In this document: in pieces, positions 48,901 to 57,959 of the stretch
Numbering within the stretch: position 1 is the stretch's first letter
How the letters are laid out: the number at the start of each line of letters is the position of its first letter
IMG/VR virus record: IMGVR_UViG_3300034082_002556
Reading direction: 5' to 3' (one strand)
Length of the DNA: 64,000 nucleotides
Source: an uncultured virus (IMG/VR IMGVR_UViG_3300034082_002556)
Lineage: Duplodnaviria > Heunggongvirae > Uroviricota > Caudoviricetes
Notes under the pieces: model-generated
The model's input: only the letters and a program-made list of their open reading frames with translations
The model's database searches: none
What the model was told of the DNA's origin: nothing
Translations under genes and position numbers: made by a program

Positions 48901-51900
48901 TGTTCAGTCTAGCTAATCTTGGAAAAGAAATCGCTGAGTACAGCATATATGAATACTGGGCCATGTTGCGTAGCACGTATGGAGCAAATGCCAACAGAAG
49001 TTTTGTTGAATTTCTACTGAACGAAGCCAAGTTAACAAGTGATCCATCGTTGATTCAACTGGTTGAACCTCAGCAAACATCACAAGCCGACCAAACAGTG
49101 CTGTTAAAAGACATTTGGAAAAGCAGTTACAAGATAACATCAACTAATATCTTGCCCACAACAAACACCACAGTGACAGACGTTGGCCTGCCCACTGCTG
49201 GATACGTTAGTCTTGACGACGTTGACATAACAACATTTGACCTAATTGATTTAACCTCGATAATTGAACAATACTATTCAATTGGAGTTGGCACTACAAT
49301 CTGGACAGCACGAGTCAACACATATGACTGGGGAGTGTACCGAGTGGTACAAGTTCCAGGACAGATTCTACGAATTGAAGACAACCTAGACAATGCGTCT
49401 CAAGTTACATTTGGCGCAGCTCACGGATTGTCAGTGGACGATGTTCTTGTTATCAAGAATTTTTCCAGCTCAGTTAATGGAGTATATCGAGTACTAGCAG
49501 TTACAGGAATCTATACTGTTATAATTGATTACGTGTTTAGTACATTTGATAGATTCCAAATTGGTAACGGCCTAGGGCTTACTTTGGAAACCAACAGAGT
49601 TGCACAGCCATCGGATATACCTCAATTATCATATGCAGATCAACTGTTACCCGGAGTTAAAGTTTGGGTAGATAACAACGGCAATGGCAATTGGACAGTT
49701 TTGGAAAAAACTGAACCGTTTACAGTTGACCCTACATTAACAGCAACCACTCCAGTGGCCTATAGTCAATTTGGAGCAAGTGTTGCCCAAGGACTTGAAA
49801 ACCTAAGCGCACTGATTGGAGCACCGGGATACAATCCTACCGACCAAGCAACTGCACCAGGTGCGGTCTACACGTTTGTTCGTACAGACCAAGATCGATA
49901 TGAACAAAACAACATTTTGTTGCTAAAAGCAACAGATGCAACTGGATACGGCAACGAGATTGATGTTGGCGCTCAAAGTTGGGCAGTAGCAGGCGCCAGC
50001 ACCAGCAACACTAATCGAGGATATGTTACTACAATCTTTGTGGAACCTGGTAGCAATGTATTTGAACAGCGACAGCTATTGGTTGCTCCCGACGGCGATG
50101 AAGCGGTGCAGGGATTATTTGGTTCTTCTGTAACCATGAGCCAAGATGAACGCTGGATGTACATCGGCGCTCCAGATGACAATGCAGTTTATGCATTTAC
50201 TCGTGTTGATGTGCAATCTCAGTCAGTGACTTATATTGGTGATGGAATTACCACATCGTTCAACTGGAGCGACAGCCTAGTTATTGACTCAAACTATCCT
50301 GATCAATTGGCTGTGGTGTTAAACAATGTATTGTTGACTAACTCCACCGACTACACTGTTACTGCATCCACGGTAGAGCTTAACTCTACTCCTACAGTGG
50401 GGCAAAGAATTGTAATAACTCGCAGACAGTTAACACAACTTGATCAACAAACATATACCGGTGTAGCTCCGTCAAGTACCAGCGGTGCTGGACTTGGCGC
50501 AGAGTTCACAGTTAACCGCGTGCGTGGCGTGTACACTGTTACCTTGGAATCACCAGGTCAAGGTTACGCTGTTAACGACACCATTACAATTAATGCATCG
50601 GTTGTTGGCGGCGGAACAAGCCCGGCTAACAATATAACAATCACCGTGGATGCAGTTACTAATGTGTTGTCTGGTGAGATTAGTGAAATTTCCTACACCG
50701 GCAGTGGCGTGTCAAATACCAGTGTGTTTGCGCTCAACCAAACTCTGGCCACAGCAACCTCGCTTCATTCCTTTACTGTGCGAGTGGGCGATATGTTGTA
50801 TCGTCCAAATATTGATTACACGTTTGACCCAGTCACTACTCAATTGACATTCGTTACTATTCCAGTACCTGGCGCAACAATCTTAGTTGACAGTAGTTCA
50901 CATTTTGATTTTGTTGAAAAACTCACAGTACCGGGTATTGATGCTGACGCTCAATTTGGTAAATCGGTTAGTGCAACCACTACTGGTTCGCAAGTCATGA
51001 TTGGTAGTCCAGATTCAGATGCAAATGAAGAAGGACTGGTTTATGTATTTGATCGTAGTTTAGAAAAGTTTACAGTCACAGATGCAACTCAGACTGAGTA
51101 TACTACTCTAAACAGCATGTTGACTCCAGGATTTGTTGCTGTGTCTGTCAACGGTGTTTATTTGTTGCAGACTGGATTAAACATTGGTGGAACATACAGT
51201 GTGGACACTGGCACCAAAACTGTTACAATTACTTCTCCTCTAGCAGTTGGAGATATTATACAAATTGAAACCAATCAATTTAGTCTGTTGCAAACCATAC
51301 AGTCAAATAACCCAGTGGCTGCGGCAAGATTTGGCCTAAAAGTTGATCAGTGTGTGAATGATTGCAGTCTGTATATTTCGTCACCATATGATTCAGCTAT
51401 TCTTTCACAAGCCGGCAAAGTTGAAGTGTATCGAAATCAAGCTCGTCTCTACGGAACAATAAGCACCACTGTTGCAAACCCAGTTTTGACAGAGGATGAC
51501 TACATTCGAATTGATGATTATTTTGTCAAATGCACCGGTACTACTATTGCTGACTTGATACTTGATATCAATACTGCTGGTATACCCAATGTAATTGCAA
51601 TGCCCACTGAGGATCTAGTGTTGCAAGGCGACGGTACAACCCGCGTGTTTGATATTGGTACCACCTATACAGATGCTTCTAGTTACACCACAGTGGTATA
51701 CATTGAGGATGTGTTGCAGACATATGGCAGTGATTACACCTACGATAATACTGTTCAACAGATTACATTCACAATTCCGCCATACAATACTGCAGACATC
51801 ACTGTGGTTTCTGGACGCATGATGCTGAATGTTAAAAATATTCAATCAACTCAGCGATTTAACAGAATGTCAGTTTTGCCAGGGTCGGGCACACTGTTTA

Positions 51901-54900
51901 ATGATCTAGGATTAACTGTTTATTCTTGGGCTCAGGAGATTGTTAGCCCAGTACCGCAAACTCAAGCAAACTTTGGCCTGGGTCTATTCATCAGCGACGA
52001 CACCCAAACTTTGATAGTGGGTGCTCCAAATGGTAACATGATTGCCCCAACAACATTTGATGCTGGCAATACATATTTTGACTCGTACAGCACACCTTTT
52101 GCTGATCCAGTTCAGCAGAGTGGAGCCGTGTATGAATATGATTTGCTAACCGCAGTTGACGAATCGATAACTAACCCGGCAAAATTTGTATTTGGCCAGC
52201 AGTTTGTAAATAGCAGTTTGCAACCATTAGATAACTTTGGTGCTGCAATCGATTACACTACTGGTGTTATGTTGATCGGTGCCCCTGGATCAGATCTTGG
52301 AGACAGTAGCCTGTCAAACTTTGGCCAGGTATTACAATATCACAATCCAAATTTATTGCCAGCTTGGATACCTGTTAGAGTGCAACAGCCGGTGGTTGAT
52401 GTTAACTTACTCAATACCATATTCATGTATGATCGTGTGAGCAGCTCGCCACAGGAGTATTTTGACTTTTTTGACCCATTACAAGGCCGATTGTTGGGCG
52501 TGGTGCGTCAGAACATAGATTTTATTGGTGCAGTGGACCCGGCAACATACAACACGGGCAGTGTGAATAATTTTGGCCAACAATGGGGGCAATCTCGTGT
52601 TGGACAGGTCTGGTGGAATACATCAAATGTGAGATTTATTGATCCACACCAAAATGATATTGTGTATGCGAGCCGACGCTGGGGACAAATATTCCCTGGT
52701 AGCAAAGTTGAAATGTATCAGTGGATAGTAAGTCCATTGCCCCCAGCAGAGTACGTTGGACCAGGCACCCCGTACAGTATCACCAGCTATGATGTGACCA
52801 CATCAGTTAATCTTCAAGGATTTATTGAAACACAATATTACTTCTGGGTCACTGGTATTGCAGAAACAGCAACAGTTGCTGGTAAAACACTGAGTATTAA
52901 TACATTAACCAACTACATTGAAAATCCGCGCAGTAGTGGTATTAGTTATCTTGCTCCAATAGATGCCAGCACAGTGGCCATTTACAATGGTTTACAGTAT
53001 ATCTCTGCACAGGACACTGTGCTGTATATAGAGTATGATCAACAAGCAACAGATGCAGCAGTGCACGTTGAGTATCAGCTGATTGCACAAGACCGTCCAG
53101 ATGCGTTCCTGGATGCATCCTTGTATCGAAAATTCCTTGACAGCATGACCGGATCTGACTCAGCTGGTAATGCTGTGCCTGACCCGTTGCTGAGTCCTAG
53201 CGAGCAATACGGTATTGAATATCGCCCACGTCAGAGCATGTTTGTTAATCGATTCCTTGCACTGAAAAACTATATTCAGCAAACCAACGCAGTGCTGGCC
53301 CTGTATCCAATAACCGAGATTCGATCATTTAATTTACTAAACAGTGCAGAGCCTGAACCAGCTGCAACTACCGGAGCTTGGGACAAGAGAGTGTCCAATA
53401 TTGAAGAATTAGGATACCAAGACCTGCTTGAAGTTCCAATTGGCTATCGATATCTTGTGGTTAGTGATAGTACCAATAGTGGTTTCTGGACAATCTATCA
53501 AGTGGTTGCTGGAATTTTACCAGGCGAGCGTAATCTAAGTTTAGCACGAGTGCAAAACTATGATACCAAAATATACTGGTCTCGTATTGATTGGTTTAAG
53601 GCCAATTACAATCCATTGACACGCATTTTACTAGAAGTGCCCAATGTTTCTTCACTAGACACGATCACAGTACCGACTGGCAGTGCAGTCAAGGTAACTG
53701 CTAATGCTCAAAACTTGTGGGAAATTTATGTCTATACCGGCACCAGCTGGGAACGTGTGGCACTACAACGCGGCACTATTGAGATATCTCCTGCATTGTG
53801 GGATTATAACCTGGGACGATTTGGATTTGATAGCGAAGTATTTGACGCACAGTACTATGACGAAGCCCCGATTACCGAAACTCGAAAGATTCTTGAAGCA
53901 ATCAATCAGGAGTTGTTTATTGGAGAATTATTAATTGAACGTAATCGGTTGTTAATGCTGATGTTTAATTACATCCTCAGTGAACAACAAGCACCAAATT
54001 GGCTAACCAAGACCAGCTTGATTGATGTTGATCATACCATTCGAAATCTTGTGCCATACCAAGTGTACCGCCAAGACAATCAAAACTTTGTATTGGACTA
54101 CATTAACGAAGTCAAGCCATACCATGTTCAAATAAGAGAATTTAATTTGAAGTACCAAGGATTTGACCAATATCTTGGTAGCGTGACTGATTTTGATTTA
54201 CCAGCATACTGGGATGCCGCCGAGCAACTGTTTGTTAGTCCGGTACTAGACAATACTGGCAACTTGAGTACAACCAGCAGCCGCCCAAGCACTGATCCTG
54301 TGTGGACTACATTCCCCTGGAATCAATGGTATCAGAACTATCTATTGAGTATTGAAAATGTTGGGATAGTGTCTGGCGGCACTGGATATATTACTCAACC
54401 CACAGTGACTGTTACTGGTGATTGTATTACACCTGCCACAATGACTGCACAAATCAACAGCGCAGGCCAAGTGGTGGCAATTAATGTTGTATCTGCAGGC
54501 GAGGGATATTCCACCACTGCAATAATTACCATAACAGGTGGCGGTGGTTCAGGTGCAAGTGCAGTGGCTTACATGGGCAACTCTCGTGTGCGTAGTTTAA
54601 CAACAACCATGCGATATGATCGTTATCAGTATACTCCAACTGTGGTTCCGTGGCAATCTGGGGTGATATACACAGAGGGTACCATGGTACGTTATGCAGA
54701 TCGAGTATGGTCAGCAAACGCACAAGTACAGACAACAACATTTGACCCAACAGATTGGACAGTGGTGCCCGCTGGTGATCTAACTGGTGTTGATCGCACC
54801 ATGGGATATTATGCACCCACTCCTGATCAGCCTGGCCTAGATCTAGCATTATTGATCAGTGGCATTGATTACCCAGGTGTGCAAGTAATGGGTCCAGGGT

Positions 54901-57137
54901 TTGACCAAAATACTGGATTTGATGTTGGAAACTTTGACATCAACCCGTTTGACAATATCTCGTATGATGCTGAGGGTATCCCAACTTACGATCCAGCTAT
55001 TTTAGATGCAGCGTACAGCAGTTCGTTCTTGGATCCGTACCTCGGAACACTCCCTACGGACATCAATGTTGACGGTGGTGCATTTGTTGACACATACGAG
55101 AGTCATGCTCCAGAAGAGTTGGTGCCAGGTATCACATATGATACACTTGACATGCGTGTGTATACCACACCGGGGGCTGACTGGATAGGTGATGGACACG
55201 GCTGGCCAGAAAAAGATCGTAACTATATTTTTGATGGCAGCAGTTTGAGTTTTGTTGGATTGTTAAACAATGCAATTGCACTAAATGTATACAATCTAAC
55301 CACTGGGGTTGATCTAGCACTTGGCACTGATTACACAGTTAATTGGGTAAATTCTACAGTTACAATTATCAGTGCAAATGCCAGCCTTGGTGATGTGCTC
55401 ACTATTGCGGCGTATTCCCTGGGCGGCGGTAATCAGTTGTTTACACAAACATACTTGGGATCCGATATTGGGTCTACAGTGGTAATCCCAATGACCTATA
55501 GTTTGATTGATAGTTTAGTGGTGTTTGTGAATGGTGTTCAAGTATCTAACTTTACATCAAGTGCAGACTCCACCGTAAACACATTGATTACATTTAGCAG
55601 TGCATTTACTTCAACAGACAGTGTGACAATAACAGCTCTTGGTGCTGAGGTTGGCGGTACATGGAGCTTGCCAGTGACTCAGTACATCTACAGCACTGGT
55701 GCGCTGACTTACACACTGACCAACAGCATGATGGGAACCAACCCAGTTAATGTGGTAGTAAACAAAAATGGCACAAGAGCTCGTCCTGCAGAAGGGATAG
55801 ACTATGTTGGAGATGGAGTCACTGTTTATTATGATCTACCAACTACGGGTGGGTATAGCTTGAATCTTGTGGCTGACAACGATGTTGCAGTGTATGTCAA
55901 CAACGTTGCACAAGTACTGGGAGTTGACTTTACAGTTGATCCAGCTGACGATAGCACACAACGAGCAATTGAATTTGCTACACCGCCAGCCAACTTATCA
56001 AATATATTGATATCTGTTAGAACCAAAGCACAGTATTGGGTAGTGGGCAATCAGATCACATTCCAACCAAGTCAGGGTTTGATTCCTGTAGTAGGAGATG
56101 TTATTTCGGTTACTTCATGGAACGACACTACCCAACAACAATTGCTAACACAAGTATTTGTGGGCCCGAATGAATCAGGGCTAGTGATAACTGAAGGATA
56201 CAGCGATACCCTGTACGACACTGGCAATACCACCGGCGAGCCAGGCTCGTATGACTATCAAAGTGGTACATTGATTCAGAACAATCAATTTGACACTGGA
56301 CGTCTAATACTCAAACCTGAACGTTTGATTGTTACTCTTGATGGACGATACTTGTCTTCGGGACGTGACTTTGTGGTTGATGGGTCGTTGGTTATTTTGA
56401 ATAATCCAGTAATTGGCGCATCTCAAGTGGTGGTAATTACAAGCATGACAAATCAAGTGGTACCAGAAGCCATGGCATTCCGCATATTCCAAGACATGCG
56501 AGGACTACAGCGCACCTATCGAATCACACCTGCCACGACAACCCAAGTTGCAGTGGCTTTGAGTGCAAGTGATGACATAATTTATGTCAGTGATGTGACA
56601 GCCTTGCCTGAACCAAATCTGCCCCTGGGTATTTTTGGGTATATCACAATTGATGGCGAACGCATTACCTATCGCAACCGCGATACTGCAAACAACACAG
56701 TTAGTGGTCTGCGCCGTGGTACTGCCGGAACCGCAGCCGCACCACATGCAGTTGGAGCCGCAGTATATGACATTGGTAGTGGTAATTTACTAATATCTGA
56801 ATACCAAAACTATATAGTTAATGAAAACTTCCTAGGCGATGGAACAACCACAGTGTTTGAAACTGAATCAATATCGGTATCTGGATTGGATTCTACTGAA
56901 ATCCTAGAAGCAGTTGAAGTACGAATTGGTGGCACACTACAGTCCTCGGGATACAGCATTATCAATTCTAACCCAGTTACTGTGGAATTTGATCAAGCAC
57001 CTGAATCTGGATATCAAGTGTCTATCAGTTTACTACGTGGGAAAAGCTGGTATCAATTGGGAGCAGGCACAGCTAGCGATGGTGTTCCATTACAAGATAC
57101 CGATACCTATGCCGCAAGGTTTTTGCGCGGAGAATAA
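42993..57137 (+). CDS. Giant (4714 aa) baseplate wedge / adhesin-like virion protein
   Basis: Follows gp6; LLPEIFRT start and VKPYH wedge-type motif; FG-GAP-like repeats, GDG-T--F modules, two W---Y--G--V-Y----W modules. Confidence 0.7.
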   Translation: MALHRTVDLLPEIFRTGTNRKFLAATLDQLTQEPNVNRTQGYVGRRVGPGVNPADKYLTEPTATRTDYQLEPGVVLLDPNTSRARDVMTYPGIIDALNLQKGDVSRQDRLFESEYYSWDPFCDLDKFNNYSQYYWLPTGPSSVDVGSSDVLLTDDFAVTRTDTAYQFFGVLGNNPVITLARGGSYTFDVNQLGYNFWIQAAPGINGRLPQTPNISSRDVYGVTNNGDDVGTITFDVPLKNAQDFYYALNTRAPVDLVAPELKFNQLNNIYVSAFLAANPTGVDGITELDGRTIIFTNQISDPAAGGWQINTQFDPINTGDTGALGTYDSILFDQTTDITLQSQRYSIWQINYVYDNDGQPFMQLSSIAEVPALTKFRIDYGTQYSSTVWYKADTGYFEQQPLLTAIQDTLYYQDSVNPEIFGQIRLIDADASAPIDINEIIGAKNYTSPNGVVFTNGLKVQFRGVTSPAGYENLEYYVEGVGTGPGSIAKVGFVDGQAYFGPWHVYNGQKITGLASSTDFQQYIYDSVDESIANLGAGAPEGAPLPTASVAGAALGNGIRLVPVSDMITPETYTTSELVPYSSIPYDTGGYDANLNSPLVPDYLVQNRSSQSRNAWSRCNRWFHIDVINYSAERNNQPSVVNNDQRAKRPIIEFRANLDLWNTGTQAKEPVNIIDFQTTDALGNVNGQTGYGVDGYNFLNGTRVIFAADIDPAVRNKIYTVRFIDPTNSGTLIIDLVPAADGNPLYDQTVVSLNGLNQQGKSFWFNGVTWQLAQQKTKVNQAPLFDVYDINGFSFGDRAVYPSTTFTGSRLFGYTDGGQSVTDVVLGFPLKFLNINNVGDILFSNYLYTDTFIYVRDKTSTTQAISTGFVRQYIDRTSFSSQLGWQPAAAKNRSRQVFRFTYDATPLILDVPVDTSSVYPPVQVFADGVFVDTTKYSTTVSDTSTTITFNVTIPVNTIIELQVISNYASKIGFYQVPLNLENNAPNGNSPQFTLGTIRTHYDSIGQNLRGLVGVINGANNSRDLGDIIPYGTNIVQHSSPLVLPGVYLRDPQYELFNSLTFSNQEYSKYKARLTDLAGQGDFINSTPTQVLDSVLSEMTLGKTEMFPFYWSDMIPGGETYTEINYTYSQVSTDVFGINKVYDFTQSNFQSVLVYLNGTILTRGYDYTVSTNSATITISAPLAIGDLITIREYDTTYGSFIPNTPTKMGLYPAYRPEIYLDETYVEPTLVIRGHDGSITIAFGDYRDNVLLEFETRIFNNLKIVTPVPLDADDVIPGQFRTTDYSLTEINSILLPDFLSWVGWNKLDYTSQNYLPNNPFTYNYSQSGNRLTAQPLLGAWRGIYEYFYDTITPNTTPWEMLGFSQEPYWWEDAYGPAPYTSGNLVLWRDLERGYIADPLSPRIDPRYARPGLTTVIPAGTEGALLDPLQSTVGNYDATSFRRSWTFGDDGPVENAWRTSSAWPFAVMRLLALTKPAEFFSLFADRDRYVYNTGIEQYLWDNRYRLEASNLTPLYGNGVSKASYNNWIIDYNQQRGVDSSSLLSRTLANVDVRLCWRTAAFTDKNYLKIYSERSTPTGTNNSLLLPDESYQVLLYQNQPFEQVTYSGVIVQRTDTGWAVFGYNSVASYFEIAVSKPTGQFVVVSAGGSQERVSIEYSNTVAQIPYGFVFTSQAAVCDFLYSYGKLLADRGMTFEGIENGYIMNWPQMAQEFLYWSNQGWTSGSIINLNPAATSISVLRPGAVVESIQPPRLDSIVLNQNRTAISPSELVIDRFENTFKISTTTSSFINFLNLRFTAYEHMVVLDNRSIFADLIYDPVTGARQSRVLVSGWLTGDWNGTVNAPGFVLNQDNIQEWQPNSKYTKGDIVLFKDQYWSASTIIRPSAEFDFSLWIKSDYGQIQKGLLPNSANASDQLARSYSVYDANLETEVDIFSYGLIGFRPRQYMQSLNLDDVSQVNLYQQFLGTKGTVRATNLFSLANLGKEIAEYSIYEYWAMLRSTYGANANRSFVEFLLNEAKLTSDPSLIQLVEPQQTSQADQTVLLKDIWKSSYKITSTNILPTTNTTVTDVGLPTAGYVSLDDVDITTFDLIDLTSIIEQYYSIGVGTTIWTARVNTYDWGVYRVVQVPGQILRIEDNLDNASQVTFGAAHGLSVDDVLVIKNFSSSVNGVYRVLAVTGIYTVIIDYVFSTFDRFQIGNGLGLTLETNRVAQPSDIPQLSYADQLLPGVKVWVDNNGNGNWTVLEKTEPFTVDPTLTATTPVAYSQFGASVAQGLENLSALIGAPGYNPTDQATAPGAVYTFVRTDQDRYEQNNILLLKATDATGYGNEIDVGAQSWAVAGASTSNTNRGYVTTIFVEPGSNVFEQRQLLVAPDGDEAVQGLFGSSVTMSQDERWMYIGAPDDNAVYAFTRVDVQSQSVTYIGDGITTSFNWSDSLVIDSNYPDQLAVVLNNVLLTNSTDYTVTASTVELNSTPTVGQRIVITRRQLTQLDQQTYTGVAPSSTSGAGLGAEFTVNRVRGVYTVTLESPGQGYAVNDTITINASVVGGGTSPANNITITVDAVTNVLSGEISEISYTGSGVSNTSVFALNQTLATATSLHSFTVRVGDMLYRPNIDYTFDPVTTQLTFVTIPVPGATILVDSSSHFDFVEKLTVPGIDADAQFGKSVSATTTGSQVMIGSPDSDANEEGLVYVFDRSLEKFTVTDATQTEYTTLNSMLTPGFVAVSVNGVYLLQTGLNIGGTYSVDTGTKTVTITSPLAVGDIIQIETNQFSLLQTIQSNNPVAAARFGLKVDQCVNDCSLYISSPYDSAILSQAGKVEVYRNQARLYGTISTTVANPVLTEDDYIRIDDYFVKCTGTTIADLILDINTAGIPNVIAMPTEDLVLQGDGTTRVFDIGTTYTDASSYTTVVYIEDVLQTYGSDYTYDNTVQQITFTIPPYNTADITVVSGRMMLNVKNIQSTQRFNRMSVLPGSGTLFNDLGLTVYSWAQEIVSPVPQTQANFGLGLFISDDTQTLIVGAPNGNMIAPTTFDAGNTYFDSYSTPFADPVQQSGAVYEYDLLTAVDESITNPAKFVFGQQFVNSSLQPLDNFGAAIDYTTGVMLIGAPGSDLGDSSLSNFGQVLQYHNPNLLPAWIPVRVQQPVVDVNLLNTIFMYDRVSSSPQEYFDFFDPLQGRLLGVVRQNIDFIGAVDPATYNTGSVNNFGQQWGQSRVGQVWWNTSNVRFIDPHQNDIVYASRRWGQIFPGSKVEMYQWIVSPLPPAEYVGPGTPYSITSYDVTTSVNLQGFIETQYYFWVTGIAETATVAGKTLSINTLTNYIENPRSSGISYLAPIDASTVAIYNGLQYISAQDTVLYIEYDQQATDAAVHVEYQLIAQDRPDAFLDASLYRKFLDSMTGSDSAGNAVPDPLLSPSEQYGIEYRPRQSMFVNRFLALKNYIQQTNAVLALYPITEIRSFNLLNSAEPEPAATTGAWDKRVSNIEELGYQDLLEVPIGYRYLVVSDSTNSGFWTIYQVVAGILPGERNLSLARVQNYDTKIYWSRIDWFKANYNPLTRILLEVPNVSSLDTITVPTGSAVKVTANAQNLWEIYVYTGTSWERVALQRGTIEISPALWDYNLGRFGFDSEVFDAQYYDEAPITETRKILEAINQELFIGELLIERNRLLMLMFNYILSEQQAPNWLTKTSLIDVDHTIRNLVPYQVYRQDNQNFVLDYINEVKPYHVQIREFNLKYQGFDQYLGSVTDFDLPAYWDAAEQLFVSPVLDNTGNLSTTSSRPSTDPVWTTFPWNQWYQNYLLSIENVGIVSGGTGYITQPTVTVTGDCITPATMTAQINSAGQVVAINVVSAGEGYSTTAIITITGGGGSGASAVAYMGNSRVRSLTTTMRYDRYQYTPTVVPWQSGVIYTEGTMVRYADRVWSANAQVQTTTFDPTDWTVVPAGDLTGVDRTMGYYAPTPDQPGLDLALLISGIDYPGVQVMGPGFDQNTGFDVGNFDINPFDNISYDAEGIPTYDPAILDAAYSSSFLDPYLGTLPTDINVDGGAFVDTYESHAPEELVPGITYDTLDMRVYTTPGADWIGDGHGWPEKDRNYIFDGSSLSFVGLLNNAIALNVYNLTTGVDLALGTDYTVNWVNSTVTIISANASLGDVLTIAAYSLGGGNQLFTQTYLGSDIGSTVVIPMTYSLIDSLVVFVNGVQVSNFTSSADSTVNTLITFSSAFTSTDSVTITALGAEVGGTWSLPVTQYIYSTGALTYTLTNSMMGTNPVNVVVNKNGTRARPAEGIDYVGDGVTVYYDLPTTGGYSLNLVADNDVAVYVNNVAQVLGVDFTVDPADDSTQRAIEFATPPANLSNILISVRTKAQYWVVGNQITFQPSQGLIPVVGDVISVTSWNDTTQQQLLTQVFVGPNESGLVITEGYSDTLYDTGNTTGEPGSYDYQSGTLIQNNQFDTGRLILKPERLIVTLDGRYLSSGRDFVVDGSLVILNNPVIGASQVVVITSMTNQVVPEAMAFRIFQDMRGLQRTYRITPATTTQVAVALSASDDIIYVSDVTALPEPNLPLGIFGYITIDGERITYRNRDTANNTVSGLRRGTAGTAAAPHAVGAAVYDIGSGNLLISEYQNYIVNENFLGDGTTTVFETESISVSGLDSTEILEAVEVRIGGTLQSSGYSIINSNPVTVEFDQAPESGYQVSISLLRGKSWYQLGAGTASDGVPLQDTDTYAARFLRGE

Positions 57138-57153
57138 AGGACATAAATAAAAC

Positions 57154-57306
57154 ATGATGCCCCAAGACAACAATATTAATAATGCCCCAAACACACCCGA
57201 GCGTAAACCAGCTCGGCCCGACGACCAAGGCAACATACAGCTTGCAGCCTACGTTCGTGTGTTTGATCCAAACACACAAGAAGTACTAGTGGAGGCTCGG
57301 TCATGA
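57154..57306 (+). CDS. 50-aa protein paralogous to the N-terminus of the next gene
   Basis: MMPQDNN..GNIQLAAYVRVFDPNTQEVLVEARS versus VQGFLKIYDPNNGETFVDKK; ATAAATA upstream; ATGA overlap with the next gene. Confidence 0.65.
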   Translation: MMPQDNNINNAPNTPERKPARPDDQGNIQLAAYVRVFDPNTQEVLVEARS

Positions 57307-57908
57307 TGCCACTAATTCCAGTCGCAGTGCAGGGATTCTTAAAGATCTACGACCCCAACAACGGGGAAACATTCGTTGACAAGAAAAATGCAATTCATTA
57401 TGAAAATATGAGTATTGCATTGGCCCAGAGCATTGCCAATAAAGACCTTGGCTATATCTATGCCATGGCATTTGGCAACGGTGGCAGTAGCGTGGATCCA
57501 ACAGGGGTCATTACATATCTGCCCCCTAACGTAACTGGTCAAAACGCCGACTTGTACAACCAAACTTTTATCAAGGTAGTTGATGACAATTCTGCTGCCA
57601 ATACAGACCCAACCCGCAACAAGCTCACAGTGTTGCACACTTCTGGGCAAGTGTACACTGACGTTTTGGTCACTTGTTTGCTAGATTACGGTGAACCAGC
57701 TGGGCAACAAGCATTTGACAACAGCACAAACTTCAATGGTGAATACGTGTTTGATGAGCTGGGATTAAAAGCCTGGGAAGGTTCTTCAAGCAATCTTATG
57801 CTTTTGACTCACGTGATATTTCATCCTGTGCAAAAAAGCTTAAATAGGCAAATACAAATAGATTATACTGTGCGCATTCAGACGTTAACTAACTTGAGTG
57901 CAGCATAA
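57303..57908 (+). CDS. Virion structural protein (baseplate-associated)
   Basis: NAIHYEN, FGNGG, LDYGEP, FDELGL, THVIFHPVQKSLNR. Confidence 0.65.
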   Translation: MMPLIPVAVQGFLKIYDPNNGETFVDKKNAIHYENMSIALAQSIANKDLGYIYAMAFGNGGSSVDPTGVITYLPPNVTGQNADLYNQTFIKVVDDNSAANTDPTRNKLTVLHTSGQVYTDVLVTCLLDYGEPAGQQAFDNSTNFNGEYVFDELGLKAWEGSSSNLMLLTHVIFHPVQKSLNRQIQIDYTVRIQTLTNLSAA

Positions 57909-57959
57909 ATATGAATATAGAATTCGCCCATAAATACTGAAATGACGGAGTAACGATAA

